This document shows, piece after piece, positions 1-13,747 of a DNA stretch of 64,000 nt. Source of the DNA: the human T2T-CHM13v2.0 reference genome, Homo sapiens. The notes under the pieces were generated by a model. It was not told the origin of the DNA and made no database searches. It worked only from the letters and a program-made list of their open reading frames with translations. Within the stretch, counting starts at the first letter, position 1. Each line of letters starts with the position of its first letter. Position numbers and translations under genes: made by a program. The stretch lies in assembly GCF_009914755.1 (NCBI RefSeq), contig NC_060931.1; one strand, written 5' to 3'.

Positions 1-84
1 CTGGCTCGAGCTCCTGACTTTGTGATCTGCCTGCCTCAGCCTCCCAAAGTGCTGGGATTACAGGTGTGAGCCACCATACCAGGA
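1..84 (-). mobile_element. Alu, 5' part of left arm (element continues off the window edge)
   Basis: GCCTCCCAAAGTGCTGGGATTACAGGTGTGAGCCACC is the reverse complement of the Alu 5' end. Confidence 0.95.
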
Positions 85-935
85 CTCTTTGCCCATGTTT
101 AAATCAGGTCATTTCTTCTTTTGCTATTGAGTTGTAAAAATTCCTTATATATTTTAGATATTAACCTCTTAGCAGACACATGTTTTGTGAATTTTTTATC
201 CTATGTGGGAGGTTGCCTTTTTACTCTGTTGATTGTTTCATTTGCTGTGCAGAAGCTTTTTATTTTATTTTATTTTATTTATTCATTCTTTTTAAGACAG
301 AATCTTGCTCTGACGCCCAGGCTGGAGTGCAGTGGCATGATCTTGGCTCACTGCAACTTGTCTCCCAGGTTCAAGTGATTCTCCTGCCTCAGCCCCCTGA
401 GTAGCTGAGATTACAGACGTGAAGCACAATGCCCAGCTAATTTTTGTCTTTTTAGTAGAGACTGGTTTCACCACATTGACCAGGCTGGTTTCAAACTCCT
501 AGCTTCATGTGATCTGCCTGCCTTGGCTTCCCAAAGTGCTAGGATTACAGGCATGAGCCATTGCGCCCAGCCCAGAAACTTTTCAGATTGACATAGTCCA
601 ACTTCTTTATTTTTGCTTCTATTGCCCATACTTTGGGGGACTTATTCAAGACACTATTGTCTGCCCTAATGTCAAGAAGATTTTTTCTATGTTTTCTCGT
701 AGAAGTTATACAGTTTCAGGTCTTACCTTTAAGTCTTTAATTAATTTTGAGTTTATAGGTCTTTAATTAATTTTGAGTTTTGTTTGTGTGTGCTGTAAAA
801 TAGGAATCTCTACATTCTTTTGCATGTGGATGTTCGGTTTTCTCAACAACATTTGTTGAAGTGACTATCTTTTCCCTATTGTGTATTCTTAGCACCCTTG
901 TCCAAGCTCAGTTGACCTAATATACGTAGGTTTGC
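85..935 (-). mobile_element. Old L1 (L1M-type) ORF2 fragment, interrupted by the Alu at 261-572
   Basis: Antisense ORF2 motifs (TTTGCTGTGCAGAAGCTTTT, CAACATTTGTTGAAG, CACCCTTGTC) continue on both sides of the Alu. Confidence 0.85.
261..572 (-). mobile_element. Full-length AluS-type element
   Basis: Both arms and a (TTTTA)n tail; target-site duplication CAGAAGCTTTT (250-260) / CAGAAACTTTT (573-583). Confidence 0.97.
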
Positions 936-1324
936 ATTTTATCACAATACTTGAAATAGCTCTAAGCTGATCAAAATAAAATGTTTCAGTCATTTGAAGA
1001 GCAGTATTTTATAACAGATCACTTGAAGTTTCCTTTGGTTCAACTAGCCTCACTTGAAATCCTCTTTGATGCTTGAAGCCTTAGTGACTTCCTGACTGGC
1101 AATGAATGCAACTGAACCCCTTCTGTTGCCAGGACTCCTAAAGGCACACATGTCTATGCTAGTCTGTCAGGGCCTGCATTCTGATTAGAGTATTCATTAA
1201 CTTGTTTCTCTCCTTGCACAGCTTTGACTAGCCAGTCATTTTTATGTGACATGAAGACTATTTTCCTTGCAAGACCTACATGTTGAAAATAATCATGAAT
1301 ATATAAAAAAGGCTCTTATGAAAA

Positions 1325-1760
1325 ATACGGACAATACCAATATTGGTGAGGATGAGAACTCAGTGAGATTCTCAAACATTGTTGATGGGAATGTAAAATG
1401 AAATAGCCAGAGTGAAAAGTTTTGGCAATATCTTCTAACACTGAATATACACATATTGTATGACCCAACAAAATGTGTCTTAAAAACAGATTTTTTTAAA
1501 AAAAAGACAGCTACAGAAATCACCATACGTAGGCATTTATAATAACTCCACATTTGAAAGTATGCAATGTATGTCAATATAAAAAATGAATAAATTGCAA
1601 TATTTTGAATAACAGAATAATATTATTCTAAAGCACTGAGACTCTAGAAACCAAAATTTCGCAATGCTCAACAGTATGTATAAATCTCACAAACATGAAC
1701 TTGAGAAAAAGAAGCCAGACGGAAAAAAGTACATACTGAATTATTTCATGTGCACACTCC
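1325..1760 (+). mobile_element. Degenerate L1ME-like ORF2 end / 3' UTR fragment
   Basis: ACAATACCAATATTGGTGAGGATG...GTTGATGGGAATGTAAAATG and AATCTCACAAACAT...GAAAAAGAAGCCAGAC resemble the L1M 3' consensus. Confidence 0.75.
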
Positions 1761-2569
1761 TCTATATGTAATATATCATTAATACTATGCTTATATATAT
1801 TGAAATGAGACATAGCTTCACAATTTTTAAATAGGATTGATTTAGCACTCAACTTAAAAGAGATAGAACTAAACTATTTGTCATGAAGCTACAATTTTAA
1901 AGCAATTTACATAAACTTGAAAAACTCAGTTTTCATTTTAAAGACTGAGTGTGGTGAAGACCATAGAGAGGAGCGGTGGAAACCTATCAGGAATTGAAGC
2001 TCGGCCCCACGACCTTTTGGCTTCACAGACTACGGGTGCTATGATAAGCCCAGAAGTACCTGAAGCTGTGATTGCAGGTCAGGAGAAAGATAACCAGCAA
2101 GTCCTTGTTTTGTGTTTTATAAAAGACTGTGCCCTTGAAATTTTCTGTACAAAGTTTGATGACTTTTTAATTCAGAAATGTATATATGTTTTTTTGTGGG
2201 GGCTGAAGTAGGCTTTTTGGACCAGTCTAAAACTTTAATGTGCCCTACCCAAAATTTCACTATTAATAGAGAGGCGTTAAAATACTGATGATATAATCAT
2301 GATAATAAAATCAAATAGCAAATGGAAAGTGCCAAGTGCAGTACCTGGTTGTTGTCAAGGCTAAATCAATGTCAGATCCCTTCTCAAATTATTTGTTTGA
2401 ATAGAAACAAAGCCTTCATTTTCTGTACATTTTTCTCCTCGAGAGCTTGGTGTGCCCTCTAGGTCTAGATATTATCTAGATGCTAAGGTCTAGATAATGA
2501 GATGTAGATGGGAATGTTGGGGACAGCTTCCTCAAGACCACTTTACCAGACAGCAGGCTCACATCTCAG

Positions 2570-3362
2570 GCCCCATCTCTCCTAGCCACTTCCTTCACCA
2601 GGTGCCAGGAATGTGGGATTGATGGTTCCAGCTCTACTCGCTAACACTGACAAAGAGAACAAGGGGAGGTCACTGGGATAACAGGGCAGAAAGCAGGAGG
2701 GAGCCTGCGTACTCACAGCAATGCGACTTCACACCTCCAGGCTCAGGGGAACTTTCTTGATTTCATTTTCTCAACCCTTATTTCACCCTTGCCTTCTGTT
2801 TGAAAGAGTTTGAAAAACTCAACACTGCACCTTTGCAGAATCCCTTTTAGACAAGGTCTAAATGTGAATTTAGTTCTGATAATTAAAAGCACTGGGATGC
2901 TATCTGAAAGGGAGGCACAGGCCTTACTGTGGCTCCTGACTACCATAACTGGCTAACAGGGCTTTGCATTCTGAAGCACTTTCTTGTGTTCATTCCCAGC
3001 TTCCAGAGGGTCAAGAAGCTGTTGTGAGCATGGCCAGTTTCTTGCTCAGCCATCCTCACCCCTGGATCACCGCTTTGGAAGGGAAGTCCCCAGCTCCGGT
3101 GTGTTCTGAGGCTGCTGGGGGCCAGTGCAGCTCTGCGGTGGCATCAGAGGCAGGAGCTCTCCCAGCCCTTGCAGTGACCTGGTGGGAACCGAAACCGCTG
3201 AATAAAACCTTTCCTGCTTTAGAATGGGTGTTCTTTTCTGCACTGAACCGTGGCTAAGAGAGAATTTGTTTGATGTGGGTGATAAATAAACTTCCATTTT
3301 ATTTGGGCCACTGTTATTTTCAGCTTTCTGTCACTTGAAGCCAAATATAATTCTAATTCATA
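2570..3362 (+). mobile_element. Old ERVL-class LTR (LTR16/LTR33-like), apparently split by a second LTR fragment ending near 3260
   Basis: CCAGGAATGTGGGATTGATGG...GCAGAAAGCAGGAGGGAGCCTG body and 3' end AATAAACTTCCATTTTATTTGGGCCACTGTTATTTT; a second AATAAA-containing LTR-like end at 3200-3260. Confidence 0.55.
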
Positions 3363-5699
3363 AGTCAACAGATCTCTAACCTGGAAAATGATTTTGCAAA
3401 TCTAGAAGATGAATTTTGCAAAGGAGACCTTTAATTTTCTTTACATGGGCTCTCTTTTTTTAATCCAAGTATATAGGTGGAAGTTCAATTCAATGGCTTC
3501 AGTAGAATATTTGTGACTTGCTAATAATTTAACTTTGCATAACTTCACAGGCAACCTTGAAAATGGCCCATACAAAAACTCTCATTTTTTCTTAATTTAG
3601 ATTTATCCAACACAATTTTTGATTATGTTTCTATAATCCCTAATATGCTTAACTCAGAATTAACCAAAGTTTTTCAAACTGTATTGACTCTAAAAACTAT
3701 TCTGGAATAGAATTTTTAAAAGCATTTTCCATTTGAGTCTATGCCAGGGTTATTGTAATTTTCATCTAAATATCTCAACATTCTGTCCTCTATATGATTT
3801 TTCAAACAAATTTACATAGCTGCTTGAATCAGATAACTAAGAGAATTATGAGCATGTGGGTAATTGAACATTTTGAGCTTTGACCTGCTAGTTTGCTTTT
3901 TTGCTTGCTATAGACTGAACTTCCAAATTCTGGCTAAACATCGTATTATTGTGTGATGTAAGTCAAAAGGCAAATCCAGGCAAAATCCGGAATAAGCAAA
4001 TAGGTCTCATCTGCTGGAAGGCCACAGGGCGTGGGCTCTTCTCACAGTGGAAGAATGGAGAAGCTCATTTGGATGAACAATATACAAACTATTATATGCC
4101 TAGAATTTAAGTGCTTGACCACTCAGGGCAGGGATATCATTGGGAGACTGTGCTTGCTTAAAGGACCTTTTAATTTTTTTTCTGTATGTATAAATCTACT
4201 AAACTTAATATTCTGTCTAATCTTAATATTCATTTCAGAAACTTGAGGAGAAATGGAATTCTTTTTTGTTGTTGTTGTTTTTATTCCAATTTCTTTCAAT
4301 ATTCTGTAATTTAGAACTGGGTTGGTCATGAGGAAACTCCAGATGGGTGAATACTGAAATAACATTAAACCTGTTGGATATTTGTCATTTACTCATTAAA
4401 GTTAGAATTCGCAGAGGAGAAAATTGTGTGCCAGTTGGGGAATAGTTCCGTAAAAATAAATCATTAAATAAAATATGACAGTAACTTTGCATACATAATT
4501 TGGTGATATAGTGTTTAACCTGCAAAACAGACTGCATATTAGTCTCTTCAAAGGAGAATAAGTTTAAATACCGCATTATACAACACAAAAAAATCTTTAA
4601 ATATTTGTTCAACTGAATTTCTCTATGCTACCAACTCAAGGAAACTCACGTGATGAATGTGTGGTTATTACTCTCAAACGAATATTTAAATTGAAAGTAA
4701 AGACTGCGGGTTCTCTTCTCTCTTCTCAGGTCTTATCCTAAGTCCATAACAAAATGAGAAATAAGCACATACTCTGATTTTTCTGTCCTGCATATTTTCC
4801 CAATAGGGCACTAAGGCAAAAACAGAACTTTAAGGTCATATAATTAACGTTTTCTTCTAGTATTTCAATTTTACAAATTGGGTTTCTAGTACCTTGTTGA
4901 ATATATTGCAACATGTGGAATATACTAATTTTCATAGTAGACTATTCTATTTGTTGTAATAGTCCCTAGAAATTGGTTACCTTTTAAATTTTATAAGTTC
5001 TTTAATTTTTTTCAGATAATAAAATTAATATTAACATATGCAATTTGAGATGAAGTGGTTTGATATCACTAGTTGGCTTTATCACAGTGGTAGCTCTAGT
5101 TGTAGGTATCATGTTAGAGGACACACAAGATGCCATTGGCTCATAAGCATTTTATCATTTACCCCACTACTACTCTGTGATACAATGTCAGTTTACCCAG
5201 AGTTATTCAACTATTAAAGAACAGAAATAGGATTTGAACCCAATTTTAACTGGTACTCTTATTTATGTTTTTATCACAATGAACAGTATGGTTCCTTCAA
5301 TTAATAATATTTCTCACATAAACACATGAATGGTGATATAATAATATATCAAAGTTACCTTATAGAATTAAATGAATAAAATGTCTTTAAGAAAAATAAA
5401 ACACAAAACTAAATAAAAACTAAAACTTTATAAAATAGGAATATTAAATTACATACAATTTTACATAAATATAAAATAGTTATAAAATAAATATTTATAA
5501 TATTAAATATATATTTTGCACAAATATTCATAAAAAAGATTGCTAAACATATTCATAAAAGAGACTGCTTAGTAGGTTTTTTGTAATATACCTGAGCTTA
5601 GTATCAAGTTTATGGCAGCATAGACCTATTTTGTAAGCTCCCTTTTTCTACATTCTGAAACAAAATTTAAGAATTAGAATGACCTGTTCTTTCACACTC

Positions 5700-6450
5700 C
5701 TGATAAATTACAAATATTTTATGTATTCTGTGACAATTGGATTGTTTAGATTTTCAGCCTCTGTAAGGTAAGACTTGATAATTTATAATCTAGAAAATCA
5801 CTCATCTTATCAATTTCAAATATATTAGTCTAGAATTGAGCAAACAATTCTGTAATACTCCTGCTAATTCTCCTAGTACATTTGGTTATTTTCACATACA
5901 ATTTTCTTATTTTGTATATTTAATATTCTTTGCTTCCTCTTTCTTGATTAGGTTAGCTGACAGAACAGCTATTTATTTTCCTCAAAGAAACAGTTCTTAA
6001 TTTATTAGTTATACTTTTTTCTGTTTTCTTACATATTTATTTTTGTTTCCTTATTGCTTACTGTTGCTTCTTTTGCACATATTATGTTGTTCTATCTATT
6101 TGAATTGGACTATTCAATTGATATCTTTTTACTCTTTCTTGTTATTGATGTATGCCTTTTATTTAAGAACTGAGAACTGAATACCTGGGTACTATTACAA
6201 CGTGATATGTTATGTAGTGTCCCCAGATACGAGGAAGTGATTTATGATAGTCAATATGCTCAGCAAATTAGATATGTGTGATTCCCTTTATTCAAAGATT
6301 GCTTAATTTCAGAAAAAAAATTTCAGATGTTAAGATGATCACCCTAGACTGTTTTCATATCCAGTTTCATTGCAATGTGCCGAGTAGTAACTTCTGTTCC
6401 AGAATGTATTGATATATCTTTGGTCTAGTCTTTCAATATGCCATGAACAC
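5700..6450 (-). mobile_element. Highly degenerate L1M ORF2 fragment
   Basis: TTTCTTGATTAGGTTAGCT...TTCCTCAAAGAAACAGTTC and CCAGTTTCATTGCAATGTG are antisense L1 ORF2 landmarks. Confidence 0.6.
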
Positions 6451-6550
6451 ATGGACTCAGTATGAGCCTCTAACATCCTTTGGAATCAGATCAACTTGGT
6501 AAATATAAAATTTCCACAGGAACTTTTTTTCCTTTGGAAAATGTATTTTG

Positions 6551-6860
6551 TTTTTGTTTGTTTGTTTTCGAGACAGTGTCTCACTCTATCACTCAGGCTG
6601 AAGTGCAGTGGTGCGATCTCAGCTCACTGCAACCTCTGCCTCCCAGGTTCAAGCAATCTTCCCACCTCAGTCTCCTGAGTAGCTGAAATTACAGGCCCAC
6701 ACCACCACACCTGGCTAATTTTTGTATTTTTAGTAGAGACGGGGTTTCAGCATTTTGGCTAGGCTGGTCTTGAACTCCTAAACTCCTGAACTCCTGACCT
6801 CAAGTGATCCACCCACCTTGTCCTCCCAAAGTGCTGGGATTACAGGCATGAGCCACCACC
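6551..6860 (-). mobile_element. AluS-type element lacking a few 5' bases
   Basis: Both arms; perfect 12-bp TSD AAATGTATTTTG (6539-6550 / 6861-6872); internal stutter of AACTCCT three times near 6773-6795. Confidence 0.97.
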
Positions 6861-7759
6861 AAATGTATTTTGACTTTATTGTTTGTAAACACTTGTTTTC
6901 ATTTTTCTCCTTTGAAGGAAAAGAGTATCATTCCGGATAAAATAAACTTCGAAAGCACATTGACTTTTATAGAAATTTATAAGACAGAGTAGTCAGGGAA
7001 AAGAAGTAGAGCAAGAAAAGGTAAAAGGGGAACAGAGGGAGGAGAAAAGGAGAAAAGGAAAGGACAGGTGACCACCCTGGAAGGTGGTCCAGGGAGGGAT
7101 GGGAGCTGGAAAGGGGATGTGTTCAGCATGCATTCAAACAAAAGTACACTGCTGTGAATTGTAAAGGTGTTCTAAATTTTTAAGTTCAGTTTACCAAACA
7201 AGGTTATCTGTAATTGGCACAAAGTAACAACGCAGAAACCTATATGCTCCCTGAGAGGATGTTAGGCATGAAGCTGGCCAGGTAATTTCCTAGTAATTCC
7301 ATGTGACAGATAATATATGTTAAGAGAAAGTTAAAGAAATATTGAATTGAAAAGTCATGTGAGTTAGCCACTTTGATGGCTTCTAGCCTGATTCCATAAA
7401 ATGATTAAAAAGTGAAGAGATTGACAGTATCATTTCAGTCTTGAGAAGTGTGTATGGCTTGGAAAATCTCCTGCAGAAGGGAGCAATTTGCATATATACA
7501 GTATTTATTGATGTGAGTTGTATTAACTTGCATTTGCAAAAGTAAAATATGTTTTTCATCAACAACGTAGCCACTAGGTCAGAAAGCTACAAATGGTGCC
7601 AGATAATATGTGGAGGATTTCAGCTTACCAGTTGCAACACTTTAATTTCACAAAGAATAAAAATATTATGCAGAGTTATTAGAAATATGTAAAGTCAGTG
7701 AGATGTCACATTGACATACAATAAACAATTCAGGTATACCTGCTTAGGTGGAAACACTC

Positions 7760-8397
7760 AATGTGCCTTCTTAATTCTCTTGCTGCTGCCCACCTCAAAT
7801 CCAGCCACTTGCTGCTCAGTCACTGACTCTGCTGGCATCATAGGGTTCTGATCAGCCCCTAACCTGAGAGAGTCCTCCCCTGGGCCACTGCTGTGCATCA
7901 CTGTGGAGGTGGGGACCAGCTGCACCTGCTCAGTGTCTGGCAGTTCCCACCAATTCCAAATCAGATGATGCACCGCCTCACAGGTAGGGATGCAGGAGAG
8001 ACTGGCTTGCTGAGAAACTGTCAAGCTGGTCAAATGTCACAGTCTGGAAAAGCAGAAAATTCACTCCAATTGGACAAAGATGGGCCAGTGTAAGACCAGA
8101 TGGGGGAGGAAGGATGTCAGGCAGATTCATCCCCTGGACTTCCCCCAGATATGGTTTCTCTGTATGGTCCTTTTAGAGATGATGTCCTGCAGGATTGAGA
8201 GGCCACACTAGTGACCAGCGGGCTCTGTGTCTCAACAGAAGCTATGGTCAACCTGGTCATAGAACACGTTTTATTGCTTTCCACTCTTTTCTTTATTGTT
8301 TCCCTTTCTTTCATTCTCAGATCCTAGGACTGTGGCTTTTAATCATTTTTAATCCTTACCTTGGGCTCTGCTTTCTGTGAGACCTAGGCTAGGACAA
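7760..8397 (+). mobile_element. Solo ERVL LTR (LTR40/LTR41/LTR16 group)
   Basis: GC-richer block ending GGCTCTGCTTTCTGTGAGACCTAGGCTAGGACA, the typical 3' terminus of this LTR group; subfamily uncertain. Confidence 0.6.
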
Positions 8398-10759
8398 CCA
8401 CTAATTACATAGAACATAACAATTGCAGGGTGAGTCGTTTACATCCCAATTACTCCAACCTTCTCTAGACAAAGGGAAATGAGGGGGAATGTAAACTGGA
8501 GTTAGAATAAAGAAGACTCTTGTGTGTCTTGGATATGGTGATTAGGTTATGATGGTGTATAGGCCAGGCTTGGGAGCATATTTAAAAATAATAAGAGAAG
8601 GACTGAGCTTGGAGAGAGCAAAAAAAACTCACCTCAAATTTGAGATTCACAAATAAAAAATAAGGCCTAAATAATATTTTGAACAATGGCCACTTTACAA
8701 TATTGAATGCCTGGAAAACCATTCATGTAGTATCTAATATGTATTATTCTCCATAAGTCATACTATTTTTTTCATAATTTAAAATCAGGGTCTTTTTTCT
8801 CAGAGTTGGGGTTACACGTTGGAACTGCTCCCAGCTCTTCTTTTCAATTTAGCACTGTAATTTTGCATAGTGTTCAAAAGTAGTTTCTACTATAACCTCA
8901 GCAATATGCCAGATTTGAATTTACTATATATAGTTTATATAAGAAGATGAGGAAAATGCAATCGTAAAAGGATAGGTGTGCATCTCTTTAGTTAACTCTT
9001 CTCCAGCAATCAGCTTATTCCAATGAAATCTGCATTCTTTATACAAGGCATTAAAAAAAACTAAAAGCAAAAATACTAAAAAAATTAATTAAAATCAAAG
9101 AATGCTGTAAGAAACAGCACCAAAAACCTAATTCTTGATTCACTCAACTCTGTGTCCAGTGAAACATACTACCAAGATCAAGAATACACTTTAGGGACTA
9201 AAGCAGCTCATGGTATAAGTAGTATTAATAGCTAATTATATACAAAGGCTAAACGTATGATTGTTTTCTTTTATTTTCTGCAAGAAACTGAGAAATAGGT
9301 CTGGGGTTTGAGGTGTGACCTAAACATTGAAATTATGTGATAAAAATATATTTATAGACATTTACAAGTTTTACAATGCAAAGCCAATCAAATCAGTTTT
9401 GAAATCTAAAAAACTGTGCCAAAATAAATTATCAAGAAAGGTGTATTTATATGTATATACAAACACACACACACATATTTTATATATATTTTATGTATAT
9501 ATATGTTTTTAATCCTTTATTCATACCCGTAGTTTCTAAATCTTATATATCAAATATATTCCACTTGTGTTATGGAGTATTTCAATATCTTTAAGTGTGT
9601 CCCACAGGGATACAGCTCTTCCTTTGCTCAGCACCAGTTGCAGCATTGAAGTCCTCAGTAACAATCAGATCTGTAATGGAGTATGCATAATAAACTTTAA
9701 ATGATCATAGAAATGAAGCAATGTATTCAAACTTCCCCACACAAATCAGCAGGGGAATGTAAGTGTGAAGAAAAATCATATGCAGCTTGCCAGGGAACTA
9801 GTGTAAAAATTGGCAGAAAAAGAAAAATGCTGTATGAGCCATGCAGTTCTATATAATTTATTTCTCTTATTTCCTCTAACGCTTTTTTCTTCCTTCTGAT
9901 GGCCATATAGATAACTGGCCTAAAAGCACAAATATGGAGAAAGGGATATAAAAATAGTGATTATGAGAGGAGATAAATGTTCTAAATTCCACGTATCATA
10001 AACCTTCACAACCTCCAAGACCTCTAGAAAATCAATACAATAGTGGTCTTATCATTAGGGCTTCACCGTGCTATATCCCTGAAAAGGGCTTTTAGTAATT
10101 TTGGAATAAATTCCAGGAAGCCTAGCAAGTAGAAATAATACAAAAATAACTTAAAATAAATCATTGCCTTTAATAAGAGACTTTTTATTCCATAAAACTG
10201 CTATTTCTCATGAAGTTTCTTATTTCAAATGCGGCAGCCAAGTTCATTCGAATCAGGGCAGTGACGATCAGTTGCACTTCTGGTGGTTGATTGGACAGCA
10301 GTTGTGAAAAGTCAGTGTGGTCTACTTTGGAGTGGGACCTTTGTAAAGCTAGGCAAAGCAATGCACCAAGACTGTATCAAATAGAGCACATAGGGAGCAC
10401 AGAGATTTTGGGTTTGGAAAAGCGAGGAGATCGGGGAGAAGTAGAAGATTTAACTGGTAAGAGTAACCTTTCTTTGGAAAGGGTTAGGAAAATTAGCTTC
10501 CAGTCCCTGCATCTGAGTTTGGGCAGAAGAGGTGGGATTTAGGCAGGTGATGGAAAAGAAAAATATAGTACTTCTTTTCTAAAACACCATGTAGAGTACG
10601 AAAGAATACATGAGAGGAGAGGCTGAGAAAAGTCAGGAGATGTAAAAAAATGCCTAGTCCTTGACATTGATAGGTAACTCTTCAAAGAGTGTGATCCCTC
10701 TAGGAGGATGTGCTTTCTTCCTAGGGGGACGGAAAAACGATTTTGAGCAATGTTTAAAA

Positions 10760-12320
10760 CTTTAAAGTATTAATTGATAAAGTATACCATAAATACAAAA
10801 AGTACACAAATTACGTGCTCCACTCTATAAAATTTCAAAAGGTGAACAGGAATGGAAATTAGCAACATTCCCAAAAGTCTCCTTGCATCTGCTTCCAATC
10901 ACTAACTGTCATTCATTTCCCAAGATTTCGTGAATCAGATTTACCTGATTTTTAACTTTATATGAATAGAAGAACATATTGTAGGGTCTCTAGGTGTATG
11001 ATGGAAATATTTTGCTTAACATGATGTTTATGAGATTTATTCATGTTGTGTTACATAGCAGTAAATTGAATATTCCTTTGATACATAATATTCTACTGTG
11101 TGCATGAATATTCTACTCTCTATATATTCCACAGCTTATTTATTCTAGTGTTGTTACACATTCGATTTTTTTCCAGTTTTCAGCAACTATGAATAGAGGT
11201 GCTACAAACACTTTTGTACATGAACATTTTTGTAGCAATTCTGTTGGGTGTGTATGTACTACACATATGTTCAGTTTTGGTAGAAACTATCAAATATTTT
11301 CCCAAAGTGTTTGTGCCAATTTAGACTCCTAGTAGCAGTATAGAAAAGTTCCAGTTGCTTCACTCACCAATTCATGCTACGGCAATGTCACTAATTTAGC
11401 CATTCTGCCAGGTGAGTAGGAGTGTCTTGTTGTGGTTTTAATTAGCATGCCCCGATGACTAATGAGCTGAGCACATTTGCAAACATTTTTTATCATTTTT
11501 TTACCCTCTTTTGTCAAGGGAGTACTCAAATTGTTTTGCCCTTTTGTATACTCAGTTGTCTGCCACACTGATGTGGGGAAGTTCTTCACATAAACTTGAA
11601 CACTCTTTTCTTCGATATGTGTTCTTCAATACTTTGCCCAACTCTGTGGCTTGCCTTGATAATAGTGAACAGAAAGCCTTAATTCACGGAGCTCAATTTA
11701 CCTAATTTTTCCCTTATGTTTAGTATCTCTTGAGTTTTTTTTTTTTTAAGACAAAACATTTCATACCCCAAGAGAAGGAAAATAACCTGCTATGTTTTCC
11801 TAGTGGGGGGTGCAGCATAAAAGACGACACATTGGGTGCAGTGTACATTGTTCAGGTGATGATGGGTGCACTAAATCTCAGAAATCACAACTAAAGAAGT
11901 TATCCATGTAACGAAACACCACCTGTTTTTCAAAAACTATTAAAAGTATTTAAAAAGTAGGCACAAATCTACAAATCTACCTAAGTATACTACAGTCCAG
12001 TTTATTTTTTTTAAAAAAAGGTTCATTGATTTACCTTCACATTTTGATCTATAGCCATAGAATTGATGTTTGTGTATGATGTCAGGTTGGAAACATTTAT
12101 TTTTCCTTGTAAGTCTATCCAGTTGATCCAGAATTATTTAATTGAAGATCATGTTTTTCTTACTGGACTGCAGGGTCATCCAGCATAAACCAGGTGACCA
12201 TATACTTGTGGGTCTATATCTTAACTCTGTCTCATTGGTCTACTTGTCTATCCATGTTCCAATATAACATGCTTCTAATTAATGTACTTCTATAATTTTA
12301 TAATATCTTAATATCTAGGA
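10760..12320 (-). mobile_element. L1ME/MC-type 3' region, interrupted near 11804-11957
   Basis: Antisense L1M 3' UTR/ORF2 landmarks (TTCCAGTTTTCAGCAACTATGAATAG, TTCCCAAAGTGTTTGTGCCAATTTAGACTCC, TTGTGGGTCTATATCT). Confidence 0.8.
11804..11957 (+). mobile_element. Short L1PB-type 3' terminal fragment
   Basis: ATTGGGTGCAGTGTACATTGTTCAGGTGAT...GAAATCACAACTAAAGAAGTTATCCATGTAAC matches the L1PB 3' end. Confidence 0.8.
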
Positions 12321-12334
12321 GTACAATATATTAA

Positions 12335-13170
12335 TAATTATTAAATTGGTCAAAAATCATTGGTGGATGCAAATCCATGAGTGAAAATTCAAGGAGAAAG
12401 AGGGTATTTATAGACTCAGAGTATCTACCCAAAAGACACTTAGACATTAAAAAAGGAAAAGCAGTGGTAACTTTACAATAGAGATTCCGGGGAGCCGCCA
12501 CCTTAACCAAGTGATTGCGGTTTACTTCACCAGCAATTAGACAACTCAATGTTACATGCCTCTTGATATGATGCACAGAGGAAAACAATTCTTTCAAAAA
12601 ATGGATAACCTGGGTTTAATCATAAGAGCATGTCAGACAAGTTCAAATGGAAGAGAGAGTCTACAAAATAACTACCCTGTACTCTCCAAAAATGCCCATG
12701 TCAACAAGACTGAAGAACTGTTTAAAGTAAAGCCGACACAATAATGGAAAGCAGCATGAAATCCAGGATTCCTTCTTGCTATAAAGACAACAAATACACA
12801 ATGGGACAATAGTAGGACAATGGGTGAAATATGAATAAAGACTTCACATTAGAAAAAGTACTGAATAAACAGTAATTCCCTGATTGTGAGAGTTTATCTG
12901 TCGTTATGAACATATCCTTGTTATTAGAAAATGCACACTGATTTATTTAACTGTAAAGAGGCATCATATCTGTAAGTTTCTTTCAAATGACTGAAAAACA
13001 AAGTATCTGCATGGATATCGATACCAGACTGTATTGTTGGAAAAAAGAATCAAGCAAATAAGGTGCTGACAACTGGGGAATGTGGGTGAAAGGACTTTGA
13101 GGATTTTTGTGCTAGCCTTGCAAATGTCCAGTAGGTTTGAAATAATATTAGAATTTTTAAAATTTAAAAA
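12335..13170 (+). mobile_element. L1MC/MD-type 3' UTR
   Basis: GTAACTTTACAATAGAGA...CCACCTTAACCAAGTGAT, CTACAAAATAACTACCCTGTACTCTCCAAAAATG and an A-rich end near 13170. Confidence 0.8.
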
Positions 13171-13747
13171 TCTGTCTTTTTCATGTTCCTTTTACCGATT
13201 GAGGTGCCTAGTGTTCTTACAATCCCCCGTAAGTCAAGATATGATCCATATATAATGCACATAATTAATCTTTGAATCTGTATAATTTTCTATTTCCGAG
13301 AAGTAAACCTTTAATTTATTCCACATAAATTGTTAAATTGATATTGTGATGGTATTCAGAGGTTCATATTTTTATTATTTTCTCAACAATAATATAGTCA
13401 AGATTTAAAGTTAGAAAACAGATCCAGAGGTTGAATTTTGAGACCAGAAAACCAGAGTCAGAGATAGAGCCAGTCACAGAGAAAAAAATTCATATTAGCA
13501 ATATGTGGGAAAATAACTTCAGTATATTTGGGTTTTAGTTACCCTGAGTATGAAACAAAGATACTGTACTCATTGAATTCTAAAGCACCTTCACTTTTTC
13601 TAGGACTATTTGCTGGCTGATGAGAAAAATAGAAAAGTCAAAATTGACACGGAGCCTTTGAGTCTGGTTAAATTGTAATTCTTCTCAAATATAAGGAGAA
13701 AGGTTTAAGAACAAAAGAACTTAGAAACATCACAGTAAGTTCAATGC

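Noticed and set aside
121-474. ORFs with Alu-type peptides (also 6480-6686, 17546-17731, 51652-51933, 56626-56820, 58785-59363)
   Set aside because: They are translations of Alu arms (e.g. [15 protein letters not shown]), not genes.
733-780. 22-bp direct duplication GTCTTTAATTAATTTTGAGTTT
   Set aside because: Two copies inside a dead L1; ordinary local duplication.
1944-2077. Possible coding exon (LSVVKTIERSGG...PEAVIA)
   Set aside because: Weak donor (GTCAGG), no recognisable homology and no partner exons.
10230-10320. Inverted CCAAT box (TGATTGG) with a few CpGs
   Set aside because: No CpG island, TATA or downstream exon; a single short motif is expected by chance.
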